Assembly: GCA_039933635.1 (NCBI GenBank) | Contig: JBDTNQ010000002.1 | Span: 41,560 to 105,559, forward strand | Source: Acidobacteriota bacterium | GTDB lineage: Bacteria > Acidobacteriota > Vicinamibacteria > Vicinamibacterales > SCN-69-37 | Direction of reading: 5' to 3' | Length of the DNA: 64,000 nucleotides | In this document: in pieces, positions 27,942 to 37,387 of the stretch | Numbering within the stretch: position 1 is the stretch's first letter | Layout: every line of letters begins with the position of its first letter | Notes under the pieces: model-generated | Seen by the model: only the letters and a program-made list of their open reading frames with translations | The model's database searches: none | What the model was told of the DNA's origin: nothing | Made by a program: the position numbers and the translations under genes

Positions 27942-28682
27942 ATGCGTACGAGCTTCCTCACCCTCGCCTTGCTGACCGCCCTGGCAGGCGTCGCCGCGCC
28001 CGCGCAGGCGCAGGTCCCTGATACGAGCCGGGTGTTGAACCTGAGCTTCGACCAGGACGGCCGGGTGACCCTGTCGGCCAGGAACGTCACCGTCCGGGAG
28101 ATTCTCGGCGAGTGGGCGCGCCAGTGCGGGTGCTACGTCGTGAACGGCGACAAGCTGCCGGGCGCCCCGTTGTCCATTCCGCTGCTCTACGAACACGAAA
28201 CGCAGGCCAAGGTGCTCGAATCCCTGCTTCGGCAGGCGTCGGGCTACGTACTGACGCCCCAGCGTGCGGGCGCCGTGAGCAAGTCCAACTTCGAGACGAT
28301 CTATATCCTGGCGACGAGTAGTGCCGTCGCGGCCTCGGCGGGTTACCCCACCGTCGCGACACCGAATCCGTACGCCAACCCGACGACCGGCGCTCCTGAC
28401 GACGAGCTCCCGCCGATCCTGCCGCCGGGCGCCCCACGGCCGATGCCGCCTTCGCCGTCCTCGGCTCCACCGCCGCCGGGATCAGAGTATCCGGGCGCCG
28501 GCAGCGCGATTCCGGGCCAGAGTCCGAACTCATTGCCGACGTCGAGGCCGGCGGGCGTCTCGACCACGTTCGTACCGATTCGGCCCGTGGATTCCTCTCA
28601 GTCGACGACGCCGCAGACGATGCCGCCGGGATCACCATCGCCGGCGGCGCCCCCGATACCCACAGGCACACCGGGCCGCTAG
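27942..28682 (+). CDS. secreted protein: signal peptide, STN-like domain and a Pro/Ser/Thr-rich tail
   Basis: Signal peptide MRTSFLTLALLTALAGVAAPAQA. The region NVTVREILGEWARQCGCYVV...AKVLESLLRQASGYVL resembles an STN (secretin/TonB N-terminal) domain. By my count the last 116 aa hold about 34 Pro and 27 Ser/Thr. Confidence 0.65.
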   Translation: MRTSFLTLALLTALAGVAAPAQAQVPDTSRVLNLSFDQDGRVTLSARNVTVREILGEWARQCGCYVVNGDKLPGAPLSIPLLYEHETQAKVLESLLRQASGYVLTPQRAGAVSKSNFETIYILATSSAVAASAGYPTVATPNPYANPTTGAPDDELPPILPPGAPRPMPPSPSSAPPPPGSEYPGAGSAIPGQSPNSLPTSRPAGVSTTFVPIRPVDSSQSTTPQTMPPGSPSPAAPPIPTGTPGR

Positions 28683-28733
28683 CAGCTTCGCCGCCCGCGC
28701 CAGCGGGTCCGAGTCGTGGCGTACAATCCCGAT

Positions 28734-29444
28734 ATGCATCCCCCCTCTTCCGTCTCACGGACGGGAGAATACGCGGCGCGCGGCGACTACCATCGCGAGC
28801 TGTCTCCGGACTGGGAGTTCTACCCGACCTATCTCGCGAAGATGGAGGCCGTCCGGGCCTATTTGAATCGGTTGCCGGCCCCGGCGCGCGTGCTGGACGC
28901 GGGCTGCGGCGAGGGCGTCCTCGTAGAGGAATTCCGGAGTCGCCTCCGGATCGAAGGACTCGATCCCAACTACCAGTCGGCGCACGTCACGCAGGGCTCG
29001 CTCGTCAACCTGCCCTATGCAGACAGCACGTTCGACCGGGCGTTGTGCCTGGATGTGCTGGAGCATCTATCGTTCGACGACCAGGCGCGGGCGCTCGCCG
29101 AGCTCCATCGCGTGATCGTTCCGGGCGGTGAGCTGCTCGTGACGGTCCCAAACCTCGCGCACCTGCAGTCACGCGTCCATTTTCTGCTGATGGGACGGCT
29201 CATCCGGACCGCGAACCCGGCCAAGCATCCCGGGGATCGTCCGATCGGTGAGTACCTCGAGCTCGCCCGCCGCGCGGGGTTCACGCTGCGGGATCGCCGG
29301 GGCATTTTTCCGACCATTCCGGTCATCACGCGGTTCATCCGGCGTCATCCGGCGCGTCTCCGGCCTCTGCACCGGGCGCTGACGCGACTGGTGCCCATCC
29401 CGGGCTGGTGCTTCCTGAACGTGCTGCGCTTCACGCGTCCCTGA
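28734..29444 (+). CDS. class I SAM-dependent methyltransferase
   Basis: Motif I VLDAGCGEGVLVEEF and post-I LCLDVLEHLSFDD. ATG 28734 preferred over GTG 28716. Confidence 0.8.
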   Translation: MHPPSSVSRTGEYAARGDYHRELSPDWEFYPTYLAKMEAVRAYLNRLPAPARVLDAGCGEGVLVEEFRSRLRIEGLDPNYQSAHVTQGSLVNLPYADSTFDRALCLDVLEHLSFDDQARALAELHRVIVPGGELLVTVPNLAHLQSRVHFLLMGRLIRTANPAKHPGDRPIGEYLELARRAGFTLRDRRGIFPTIPVITRFIRRHPARLRPLHRALTRLVPIPGWCFLNVLRFTRP

Positions 29445-29451
29445 CATCCTC

Positions 29452-30945
29452 GTGCGCGATCGTCTCAAGCACCTCGGCACCGGCGTGGCGATCTACGGCG
29501 CCGGCGACGCCGTCATCCAAATCGTCAACTTCTTCCTGCTGCCGGTCTACGTCCGGTTCGCGTTCCTCACTACCGCCGATTTCGGCGCCCTCGCGCTCAT
29601 CGGCGCGATCGAGGCTTTCTCGAAGGTCATCAACCGCTGGGGGCTCGATGGCGCATTCATGCGGTACTACCATGAGCGCGACGAGGGCAGACACCGCCAG
29701 GTGATGACCAGCACCATCATCTGGTTCATGGTGGTCGCCAATGGCACGCTGCTGGCGATCACGCTCCTGGCGAGCGGCCGCCTCGCCAGGATGATGTCGC
29801 TCGGCCCCGAGTACCTGCCGGCCTTACGCTTGATGCTGGTCAACATCGCGCTCGTGGCTTTCACCTTCGTGCCGTTTCATGTCATGCGACTGCGGCACGA
29901 AGCAGCGGTGTTCAGTATGTTCACCTTCGCGCGCAGCGTCGGCACCGTCGTCCTGCGCATCCTGTTCGTCATCGGCCTGCGCTACGGCGTCGCGGGCGTG
30001 TACCTGTCCGACCTGCTTCTCACGCTGGTCCTGTTGCCGCTGATGTGGCCCCGCTGCCGCACGCTCGTGGCGGCGGCGTTTTCGACGCGGGAGTTGCGCA
30101 CCGTCCTCAGGTTCGGTCTGCCGAGGCTGCCCCATGGTCTCGCCTCCCAAACGCTCGACGGCTATCCGAAGCTGCTCCTCGGCAGGAGCGTGTCACCGTC
30201 GATGGTCGGCGTGTATCAGAACGGTGCGACGCTCGGCACAGGCGTTGCGTTCTTCAAGAATGCTTTCGAGACCGCATTCGCGCCGTTCTACTACGCAACG
30301 GCCCGTCAGCCAGACGCCCGAGAGGTGTTCGCGAAGATGGCCACGTACGGCGTGGCGGTCTTCGTCCTGCTCGTCGCGGGAACGACGTCTGTCGCGCGGG
30401 ATCTGATTCTGCTGCTGCTCAAGCCGGACTACCTCGCGGCGCTGCCCGTGGTGCCGCTCATCGCATGCGCGTTCGCCATTCAGGGCGTGTATCAGTTGAC
30501 GTCGATCGGTCTCAATCTCACCAGCCGCACCGAGTTCTATCCGGTTTCGACCATTGCGGCCGCGCTCGTCAGCGTGGCGCTTGGCCTCTGGCTGATTCCT
30601 GCGCACGGGCTCGTCGGGGCGGCCGTGACCGTCCTGTTGTCGTACGCGACGCAGGCAATCGTGGCGTTCGTGCTGGCTCAGCGCGTCTACCACGTGCGCT
30701 ACGAGCACTCCAGGCTGGCACGCGTCATCGCGGCCGGCGTGCTCGCGTCGATCGCCGGGCTCGTCCTGCCGTCCATGCCGCCGCTGGCCGGATTGGCGGC
30801 GAGGGGACTGACCACCGTCGTCGTGTTCGTGGGCGTCCTGTGGATGTCGGGCTTCCTGCGGGGGTCCGAACGCGCATTCGTGCGGGAGGTCTGGACACGC
30901 GTGCGACGCCGACGGCCATTGGGACCTGTGCGCGATGCCGACTAA
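29452..30945 (+). CDS. MOP-superfamily oligosaccharide flippase (Wzx-like polysaccharide biosynthesis protein)
   Basis: 497 aa, multi-TM throughout. N-terminus GTGVAIYGAGDAVIQIVNFFLLPVYVRFL, typical of the Polysacc_synt family. Confidence 0.7.
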   Translation: MRDRLKHLGTGVAIYGAGDAVIQIVNFFLLPVYVRFAFLTTADFGALALIGAIEAFSKVINRWGLDGAFMRYYHERDEGRHRQVMTSTIIWFMVVANGTLLAITLLASGRLARMMSLGPEYLPALRLMLVNIALVAFTFVPFHVMRLRHEAAVFSMFTFARSVGTVVLRILFVIGLRYGVAGVYLSDLLLTLVLLPLMWPRCRTLVAAAFSTRELRTVLRFGLPRLPHGLASQTLDGYPKLLLGRSVSPSMVGVYQNGATLGTGVAFFKNAFETAFAPFYYATARQPDAREVFAKMATYGVAVFVLLVAGTTSVARDLILLLLKPDYLAALPVVPLIACAFAIQGVYQLTSIGLNLTSRTEFYPVSTIAAALVSVALGLWLIPAHGLVGAAVTVLLSYATQAIVAFVLAQRVYHVRYEHSRLARVIAAGVLASIAGLVLPSMPPLAGLAARGLTTVVVFVGVLWMSGFLRGSERAFVREVWTRVRRRRPLGPVRDAD

Positions 30946-32662
30946 CGGGAGCGGGCATCGTCCGATCTGGGGCTGGCTCGCCGCCGCGATGATTGGCGGC
31001 GCGATCCTCCGGCTCATCGGCGTCGCGTACGGACTGCCCGCCGTGTACAACCCGGATGAGGTCGCGATCATGAATCGCGCGATCGGCCTCGGCCAGAACG
31101 GGTTCAATCCCCACAACTTCCTCTATCCGTCGCTGTATTTCTATGCGCTCTTCGCCTGGGAAGGGGCGTGGTTCGTGATCGGGCGCGCGACGGGCGTCTT
31201 CGCGTCTCTTGCGGCCTTCGAGCGCGCGTTCTTCACGGACCCGAGCTCGATCTACATCGCCGGCCGCGTGCTGACGGCGCTGTGTGGCGTCCTCACGATC
31301 TGGGCGACGTGGCGGATGGGCAGGCGGCTGGGCGGCCGCGCCGCGGGCGTCATCGCGGCGGCCCTCCTCGCCGTTTCACCGCTGGCCGTGCGAGATGCGC
31401 ACTACGTGAAACACGACGTCCCGGTCACCTGGCTCATTGTGCTGGCGCACGTGCTGATGGCCGCGGAGGTCCAGCAGCCGTTGGCCCGGCGACGCTGGAT
31501 CTGGCCGGCCTTCGTCGCGGGCCTCGCGATGTCGATGCACTACTACGCGATCTTCCTGGCCTTGCCGTTGACACTCCTGATCCTCTTTCCTCCCACCCCC
31601 TGGTCAGGATTCCGTGAGCGCCTGAAGGACCTCATGGTCGCCGCTGCGGCGGCGGCGCTCGCGTTCGTTCTCACGTCGCCGTTTCTCGCCCTGGAGCCGG
31701 GCACCGCCATCCGTGACGTGCTTGCCAACCGGCAGATCGTCGTCGATCGCGCCACGGCCAGCGCGGGGCTGTTTGCGTCCCTTGGCTACTATCTCTCCTG
31801 GCTCGCGCGCGACGGCATCGGCTGGATGAGCGCCAGCCTGGCCATCGTCGGCCTGTGGCTGGCGGTCAAGCGCGGACGCACGTTCGCCGTACTGACGCTG
31901 GCCTTCCCGGTCCCGTTCCTGCTGTTCATCGCCAACACGGTGCCCGCCAGCCGCTATCTCAATCCCGTGGTGCCGTTCGTGTGCGTGCTCGCGGCCATTG
32001 CCGCGGCTGATCTCATGGAACGGTCGAACAGCGGACGGGCGGTCGCGGCGCTCATCGTCATCGGCGGACTGGCGCAGGGTCTCACCGACAGCGTCGCGAC
32101 GGACCTCTTCTTCAGGCAGGCTGACACACGGACGATGGCACTCGGCTGGATTGCACAGCACGTCCCGCCCAACTCCTCGATCCTCGTGCAGCCGTACAGC
32201 GTGCCGCTGCGCCAGTCTCCCGCGGCCCTGCGGGAGGCGCTCACCCGGCACCTCGGATCGGCGGATCGGGCCTCGGTGAAGTACCAGCGTCAACTGGCGC
32301 TCGATCCCATCCCGTCGCCAGCGTATCGCCCGATCTTCCTTGGGGCAGGCGGGCTCGACGTGGACAAGATTTACGTGGCTCCGTCGAGCTTCGACGAGGG
32401 TATCGGGCTGGCGCCCCTTCGTGCGTTGGCGGTGACGCACGTCGTCCTGAAACGGTACAATGTGGAGGATCCGTCCATGGCAGCGCTGAGCGCGGCCCTG
32501 CGCCGGGAAGGCCGGCTGGTCGCCACGTTTTCTCCGTACCGATCCGATCTTGATGCCGCGGAGATGACCCGAACCTCGCCCTTCCTTCACAACGGTGACG
32601 CGCGGATTGTTCCGGCCCTCGAGCGGCCGGGACCGATCATCGAGATCTGGACGATCGACTGA
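30935..32662 (+). CDS. GT-C fold membrane glycosyltransferase (ArnT/PMT_2-like) with a C-terminal periplasmic domain
   Basis: Multi-TM protein. First-loop motif YNPDEVAIMNRAIGLGQNG. Hydrophilic C-terminal ~200 aa. Confidence 0.7.
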   Translation: MPTNGSGHRPIWGWLAAAMIGGAILRLIGVAYGLPAVYNPDEVAIMNRAIGLGQNGFNPHNFLYPSLYFYALFAWEGAWFVIGRATGVFASLAAFERAFFTDPSSIYIAGRVLTALCGVLTIWATWRMGRRLGGRAAGVIAAALLAVSPLAVRDAHYVKHDVPVTWLIVLAHVLMAAEVQQPLARRRWIWPAFVAGLAMSMHYYAIFLALPLTLLILFPPTPWSGFRERLKDLMVAAAAAALAFVLTSPFLALEPGTAIRDVLANRQIVVDRATASAGLFASLGYYLSWLARDGIGWMSASLAIVGLWLAVKRGRTFAVLTLAFPVPFLLFIANTVPASRYLNPVVPFVCVLAAIAAADLMERSNSGRAVAALIVIGGLAQGLTDSVATDLFFRQADTRTMALGWIAQHVPPNSSILVQPYSVPLRQSPAALREALTRHLGSADRASVKYQRQLALDPIPSPAYRPIFLGAGGLDVDKIYVAPSSFDEGIGLAPLRALAVTHVVLKRYNVEDPSMAALSAALRREGRLVATFSPYRSDLDAAEMTRTSPFLHNGDARIVPALERPGPIIEIWTID

Positions 32663-33885
32663 TGCAATTGTCCCCAAGGCTGCGAGAAGCTGTGGCGCGC
32701 CGCGTACGCGGCGTTCCGCTGTTCACGAGCCTCCTCGCCCGCTACCGCCGCGGACGCTACGAACGCCGGATCGAGGGCTTCCTTCACGACAAGGATGGCC
32801 GGGCCGGGCGCCTCCCCGCGGGTGTCGTCTATGAGGCGACGATGCGGTGCAATCTGCACTGCGAGTTCTGCTACGTCGGGACGCTGCTCAACATCGAGGG
32901 CGAATGGCGGCAGGAACTGCCGCTCGATACGCTGCGGCGCGCGTTTCCCGATCAGGATGGCCTCCAGGTCAGCCTCACCGGCGGCGAGATCTTCATGCGG
33001 AAGGACATCCTGGGCGTCATGGATGTGTTCCGCGACAAGGGCTACGTCTGCGGGTACCTCACGACGAACGGGACGATCATCACCGACGAACGCGCGGACG
33101 CGCTGGCGCAGCTCGCGAGCGCGGGCTTCCTCAAGCACATCAGCGTGTCGATTGATGGGCCGAACGAGCTGCACGACAAGGCGCGCGGCGTCGCAGGCAC
33201 CTTCGTCAGAACCGCCGCCGGCCTGAAACGCCTGCAGGAGGCCGCCCGCCGGCGACACGCGCCCCTCCGGGTCAGCGTGAACACGACCGTCGCTCACGAG
33301 ACGTTGGAAGCGTTGGACTCCATGGTCGACGTGGCGGCCGAGCTTGGCGTGGACGCCATCGGCCTCAACCATCTGATGTTCAGCACGCCCGGAGAGGTGG
33401 CTGAAACGGTGCGGCTCCTGGGCGAAGGCGATGCCAGCGCCATCTCGACGTTCGTGACGACCGATCCCGGACTCGATCCGGCGCGCGTCAGCGCGCAGGT
33501 TGAGTCGCTCGCGGCGCGATGCCGCGAGCGGGGGATCCGCTTCGACATGCGTCCCAAGGTCAAGCCCGGGCTCGTCGAGCCGTACTACACGCCCGGCACG
33601 CCGCTCGAGGGGCGATGCCTCTACCCGTTTCTCTACGCGCGCGTATCGTTCAGCGGCAAGGCGTACTTCTGTCCGTTCATCCGCATTGAAGTGGGCGACC
33701 TCACCGAACAGACGCTGGAAGAGGTGTGGACGGGCGAGCACTACGTGTCCTTGCGGCAGCGGCTCGTCCAGAATGGTATCTTTCCGGTCTGCCGGCGGTG
33801 CTGCAAGGTGGAGTTGAGCCCGGCAACGACCGGTGCGTTCGACGCAGTGGCCGAAGAGCCGCTGGCCGCGGCCGAAACGGCCTGA
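32662..33885 (+). CDS. radical SAM protein with a SPASM/twitch-like C-terminal domain
   Basis: EATMRCNLHCEFCYVG. C-terminal cysteines CLYPF...YFCPF...VCRRCCKVE. TGATG coupling to the upstream GT-C. Confidence 0.8.
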   Translation: MQLSPRLREAVARRVRGVPLFTSLLARYRRGRYERRIEGFLHDKDGRAGRLPAGVVYEATMRCNLHCEFCYVGTLLNIEGEWRQELPLDTLRRAFPDQDGLQVSLTGGEIFMRKDILGVMDVFRDKGYVCGYLTTNGTIITDERADALAQLASAGFLKHISVSIDGPNELHDKARGVAGTFVRTAAGLKRLQEAARRRHAPLRVSVNTTVAHETLEALDSMVDVAAELGVDAIGLNHLMFSTPGEVAETVRLLGEGDASAISTFVTTDPGLDPARVSAQVESLAARCRERGIRFDMRPKVKPGLVEPYYTPGTPLEGRCLYPFLYARVSFSGKAYFCPFIRIEVGDLTEQTLEEVWTGEHYVSLRQRLVQNGIFPVCRRCCKVELSPATTGAFDAVAEEPLAAAETA

Positions 33886-33898
33886 TCCGAGACGACTG

Positions 33899-35371
33899 AT
33901 GCTTGGTGCGAAAACACTGTTCGTGAATCCTCCCCTCGTCGGCGGGCTCGCCTTTACACGGCAGGGGCGCTGTCAGGAACGGGAGGAGGTGCTCGGGACG
34001 ACCAAGCCTCCCTACACGCTGGCGCTCTGTGCGGCGCTCCTGCGGGAGCAGGGCTGTGACGTGCGTCTGGTCGATTTGACCGCGACGCGCAAGTCCATCG
34101 CGGATCTCGTTGCCGAGCTCGACGCGGAAGGTTTCGAGCCGACATTGATCGTGTTCCCCAGCACGACGCCGACCGTCGTCGCGGACGACGCGGCGATGGC
34201 GCAACTCAAGACGCGCTACGGCGCGCCCCTCGTCTCGTTCGGTCCCCATGTGTCCACGGCGCCCGTCGAATCGATGCAACGGGCGGCGTCGGTCGACGCG
34301 ATGCTCGTCGGCGAGCCGGAGGACGGCCTGCTCGCGCTCGCGGCACTGTCATCCGCCGCGGCGTTCGGCGACGTGCCCAACGTCACGTTCCGCCGGAATG
34401 GCGAAATCGTGCCGCACCGCGCGCACGGCACGTTCACGGGCTTTCTTTCCGCGCCGTATCCGGCGTGGGACCTGCTCGATCTCTCGGTCTACAGCCTGCC
34501 GGTCGTGAACAAGTCCTATGTGCTCGTCGAGACGTCACGGGGGTGTCCCTACTCGTGCGACTTCTGCGTGGCGCCGATTCATCAGGGACACAAATTCCGC
34601 GAGAAGAGCGCCAAGGCGCTCGTCGACGAGATCGAGCGCGGGTACCGCAAGTTTGGCCTGACGTTCTTCTATCTCTGGGGCGACACCGTCACGCTCAACG
34701 TCAAGTCGTTCAGCGCGTTCTGCGAAGAACTGATCGCGCGCCAGCTCCCGATCCAGTGGTTCGGTAACGCGCGCGCGGACAACCTGACCGATCCGGAGTT
34801 CGTGAAACGGCTGCGCCAGGCCGGGTGCTGGATGCTCGCTCTCGGCATCGAGACGGAGTCCGAGGAGACGCGCAAGGACATGATGAAGCGGCTCGAGGGC
34901 GCGAAGATCCGCGCCGCGCTCACCAACATGCGCGCCGCGGGCATCCGGTCGTTCGCCTTCTTCATCATGGGCTATCCGGGCGACACGCCCGCCTCGCTCG
35001 ATCGGACCGTCGACTACGCGATCGGACTGGATCCCGATTTCGCCAACTTCTACCCGGCCGTCCCCTATCCAGGCACCGAGCTCTACGCCAAGGCCAAACG
35101 TGACGGCCTGCTCGTCGCGGACGACTGGACGCGCATGGAATACTCGTACTACCTGCTGTCCGGCAACGGGCTGGACGAACCGACCGTGATGGCGGCCATC
35201 AACCGCGCCAAACGGCGGTTCTACCTCCGTCCGCAGTACCTCGTTCGACACGCCGGCGACGTCGCGCGCCTCGCGCTCACCAAATGGGGCGTGGTGAGCC
35301 ACGTGGCGTCGCGAGCGATCTTCCGTACGCCGGTCACCACGCCGGATCTCGCCAGGTCCACCGCCGACTGA
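33899..35371 (+). CDS. B12-binding-domain radical SAM protein (class B, methylase-like)
   Basis: N-terminal Rossmann-like B12-binding region (LVDLTATRKSIADLVAELDAEGFEPTLIVF). Radical SAM motif ETSRGCPYSCDFCVAP. Confidence 0.8.
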   Translation: MLGAKTLFVNPPLVGGLAFTRQGRCQEREEVLGTTKPPYTLALCAALLREQGCDVRLVDLTATRKSIADLVAELDAEGFEPTLIVFPSTTPTVVADDAAMAQLKTRYGAPLVSFGPHVSTAPVESMQRAASVDAMLVGEPEDGLLALAALSSAAAFGDVPNVTFRRNGEIVPHRAHGTFTGFLSAPYPAWDLLDLSVYSLPVVNKSYVLVETSRGCPYSCDFCVAPIHQGHKFREKSAKALVDEIERGYRKFGLTFFYLWGDTVTLNVKSFSAFCEELIARQLPIQWFGNARADNLTDPEFVKRLRQAGCWMLALGIETESEETRKDMMKRLEGAKIRAALTNMRAAGIRSFAFFIMGYPGDTPASLDRTVDYAIGLDPDFANFYPAVPYPGTELYAKAKRDGLLVADDWTRMEYSYYLLSGNGLDEPTVMAAINRAKRRFYLRPQYLVRHAGDVARLALTKWGVVSHVASRAIFRTPVTTPDLARSTAD

Positions 35372-35374
35372 TCG

Positions 35375-37348
35375 GTGACATCAGGAACCAGTCGCCGCGT
35401 GACGACACCTGAACGTCCGCGTCAGTACGTGGCCCTGGTGCTGATCGCCATCGTCAGCGGCGCGGTCGCCGCGCTGCTGCTGCTCGGCGCCACGCACTGG
35501 GCTTCGACACATGAGCTTCGCGGTCCGGTGGCGGACGGCGGCTGGACCGGCCGAACCCGTGGCTGGCTTGCCGCCCGTGGCTTCTTTCCGATTGAAGTCG
35601 ACGCCCGCACGGGCGCCCGCTACAGCTGGACCGGTGAAACCGCCCGCATCTCGATTCCGAACATCAACCGCGGCCAGGCGCACGCGTTCACCCTGGTCCT
35701 GTCCGGCGGCCGGCCTGGCAATCAGCCCAATCCACTCGTCACACTGACCGTCGACGGAGCACCGGCCGCGTCCTGCCTGGTCACCAACGAGCCGTCGCGC
35801 TGCGTGGCGGCCATCCCGGCGGGGGCGACCGATCGGGCGGTCATCGGCCTGCAGGTCTCGCCGGCGTACGTCCCTGGCGCTCCCGACACGCGTACGCTCG
35901 GTGTCATCGCCCACGAACTCGCGCTCACGCCCGCGTCCGGACACTTCGTGCCGACCTGGCCGGTGCTCGGGGCCGTCGGCTCAGCGGTCGCCTTTGCTGT
36001 TCTCGGCGTCCTGCTCTGTGGAGTGTCCGGAGCCGTCTCGACCATCGCCGTGGCCGGAATCACGTCGGCATTCGTGTGGCTTTTACTGCAGGACGGCGCC
36101 TACATCGGCGGATATGCCGACTCGTTGCTGAACGTGGGACTTGCCGCCGGGATGTGTGGCGCGCTCGCGGCGGCAGTGCGCCGGCGATGGCCGGTCGTGG
36201 CCGGCGTGCCGGACTGGTCCATGGCGCTTGGACTTCTGCTGGCGGCCACGGTCGTGAAGCTCGGCTTCTTCAACCACCCGCTGGCGACCATTGGTGACGG
36301 CATCTTCCAGCTGCACCGGGCCCAGATGGTGCGCGCGGGATCGTATTTCTTCACGTCCATCACACCCAGGCCGTTCTTCGAGTTCCCGTACGCCATCGGG
36401 TTGTACGTTGCCGCGCTGCCGTTCTGGTCTCACTTCCCGTCCGACATCGATCAGGTTCATCTGCTCCGTGGTGTCGCGGTAGGCGCGGACGCGCTCGTCG
36501 GCATGGCCTGGTACTTCGCTGTGTGTCGCCAGTGGAGCGACCGGCGCGCCGCGCTGCTCGTGGCTGGCCTCTGGCCATTTGCGCGCGCGCCGCTCGAAGC
36601 CCTGTGCAATTCGAATCTCACGAACGTGTTCGCGCAGGCACTGTTCGGCGTGGCGATGGCGGGCATCGCGTGGATGGCGGCGGGCGTCTCGGTGCCGGCG
36701 GCCGCGATCACGCTCGCGTTTCTCACGGCCGGCTACCTGTCGCACTTCAGCACGTTTTCCGTCGGCGTGCCACTCGTCGGGGTCGTGGCCTGCGTCCTCA
36801 TCGCGTTCGGCCGCACGCAGGCGCGGCGCGCCGGCTGGTGGGTACTGGCACTTGGCGTCGTCGCCGTCGGGTTGGCCTACGCGGTGTACTACTCGCACTT
36901 CACCGAGGTCTACCGCGCGACGTGGGCCCGCATCGCCTCGCACGAGACGGTCGACGCGACTGGATCCAGCATCGCCGCCACGCCGATCACGAAGCTCCAA
37001 CGATGGGCCAGCGGGACCTCCGACGACTATGGCCTACCGGGGCTCGTGCTCGCCGCAGCGGCCGCCATCGGGGCCCTCGAGTTGGCGCGGCGTCGTCTCC
37101 GGGACGGCGTCACGCTCGTGCTCGGCGGGTGGCTGGCGATCTGGATGGCCTTCACGGTGCTGGGCATTGTCTCGGCCGTGCAGATGCGCGTGAACCTCGC
37201 GGCGGCGCCGCTGTTCGTGTGCCTCGGCGCTTGTGGGTTGACCGCGCTCGGCGCGCGGTCCCGAACCGGGCTTCTCATTGCGGGCGTCGCCACCGTCGCC
37301 ATCGTCGTCAACGGCGCGCGGCTGTGGTTGATGTGTATCGGGCGGTAG
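35375..37348 (+). CDS. large polytopic membrane protein with an N-terminal extracytoplasmic domain (GT-C-like or polymerase-like, unassigned)
   Basis: One N-terminal TM, a ~170-aa hydrophilic domain, then many TM segments. Loop motif IGDGIFQLHRAQMVRAGSYFF. Confidence 0.5.
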   Translation: MTSGTSRRVTTPERPRQYVALVLIAIVSGAVAALLLLGATHWASTHELRGPVADGGWTGRTRGWLAARGFFPIEVDARTGARYSWTGETARISIPNINRGQAHAFTLVLSGGRPGNQPNPLVTLTVDGAPAASCLVTNEPSRCVAAIPAGATDRAVIGLQVSPAYVPGAPDTRTLGVIAHELALTPASGHFVPTWPVLGAVGSAVAFAVLGVLLCGVSGAVSTIAVAGITSAFVWLLLQDGAYIGGYADSLLNVGLAAGMCGALAAAVRRRWPVVAGVPDWSMALGLLLAATVVKLGFFNHPLATIGDGIFQLHRAQMVRAGSYFFTSITPRPFFEFPYAIGLYVAALPFWSHFPSDIDQVHLLRGVAVGADALVGMAWYFAVCRQWSDRRAALLVAGLWPFARAPLEALCNSNLTNVFAQALFGVAMAGIAWMAAGVSVPAAAITLAFLTAGYLSHFSTFSVGVPLVGVVACVLIAFGRTQARRAGWWVLALGVVAVGLAYAVYYSHFTEVYRATWARIASHETVDATGSSIAATPITKLQRWASGTSDDYGLPGLVLAAAAAIGALELARRRLRDGVTLVLGGWLAIWMAFTVLGIVSAVQMRVNLAAAPLFVCLGACGLTALGARSRTGLLIAGVATVAIVVNGARLWLMCIGR

Positions 37349-37387
37349 CGCGGCAAGAAGACTCGATTTCCTGCAGCCGCGAACGCG

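Noticed and set aside
26941-28733. Search for a short RiPP-type precursor peptide next to the SPASM radical SAM genes (also around 32600-33900)
   Set aside because: Intergenic gaps are only 12-51 nt. The small ORFs in the track there are antisense or out-of-frame Arg/Pro-rich artefacts, with no leader/core-like features. No precursor can be supported.
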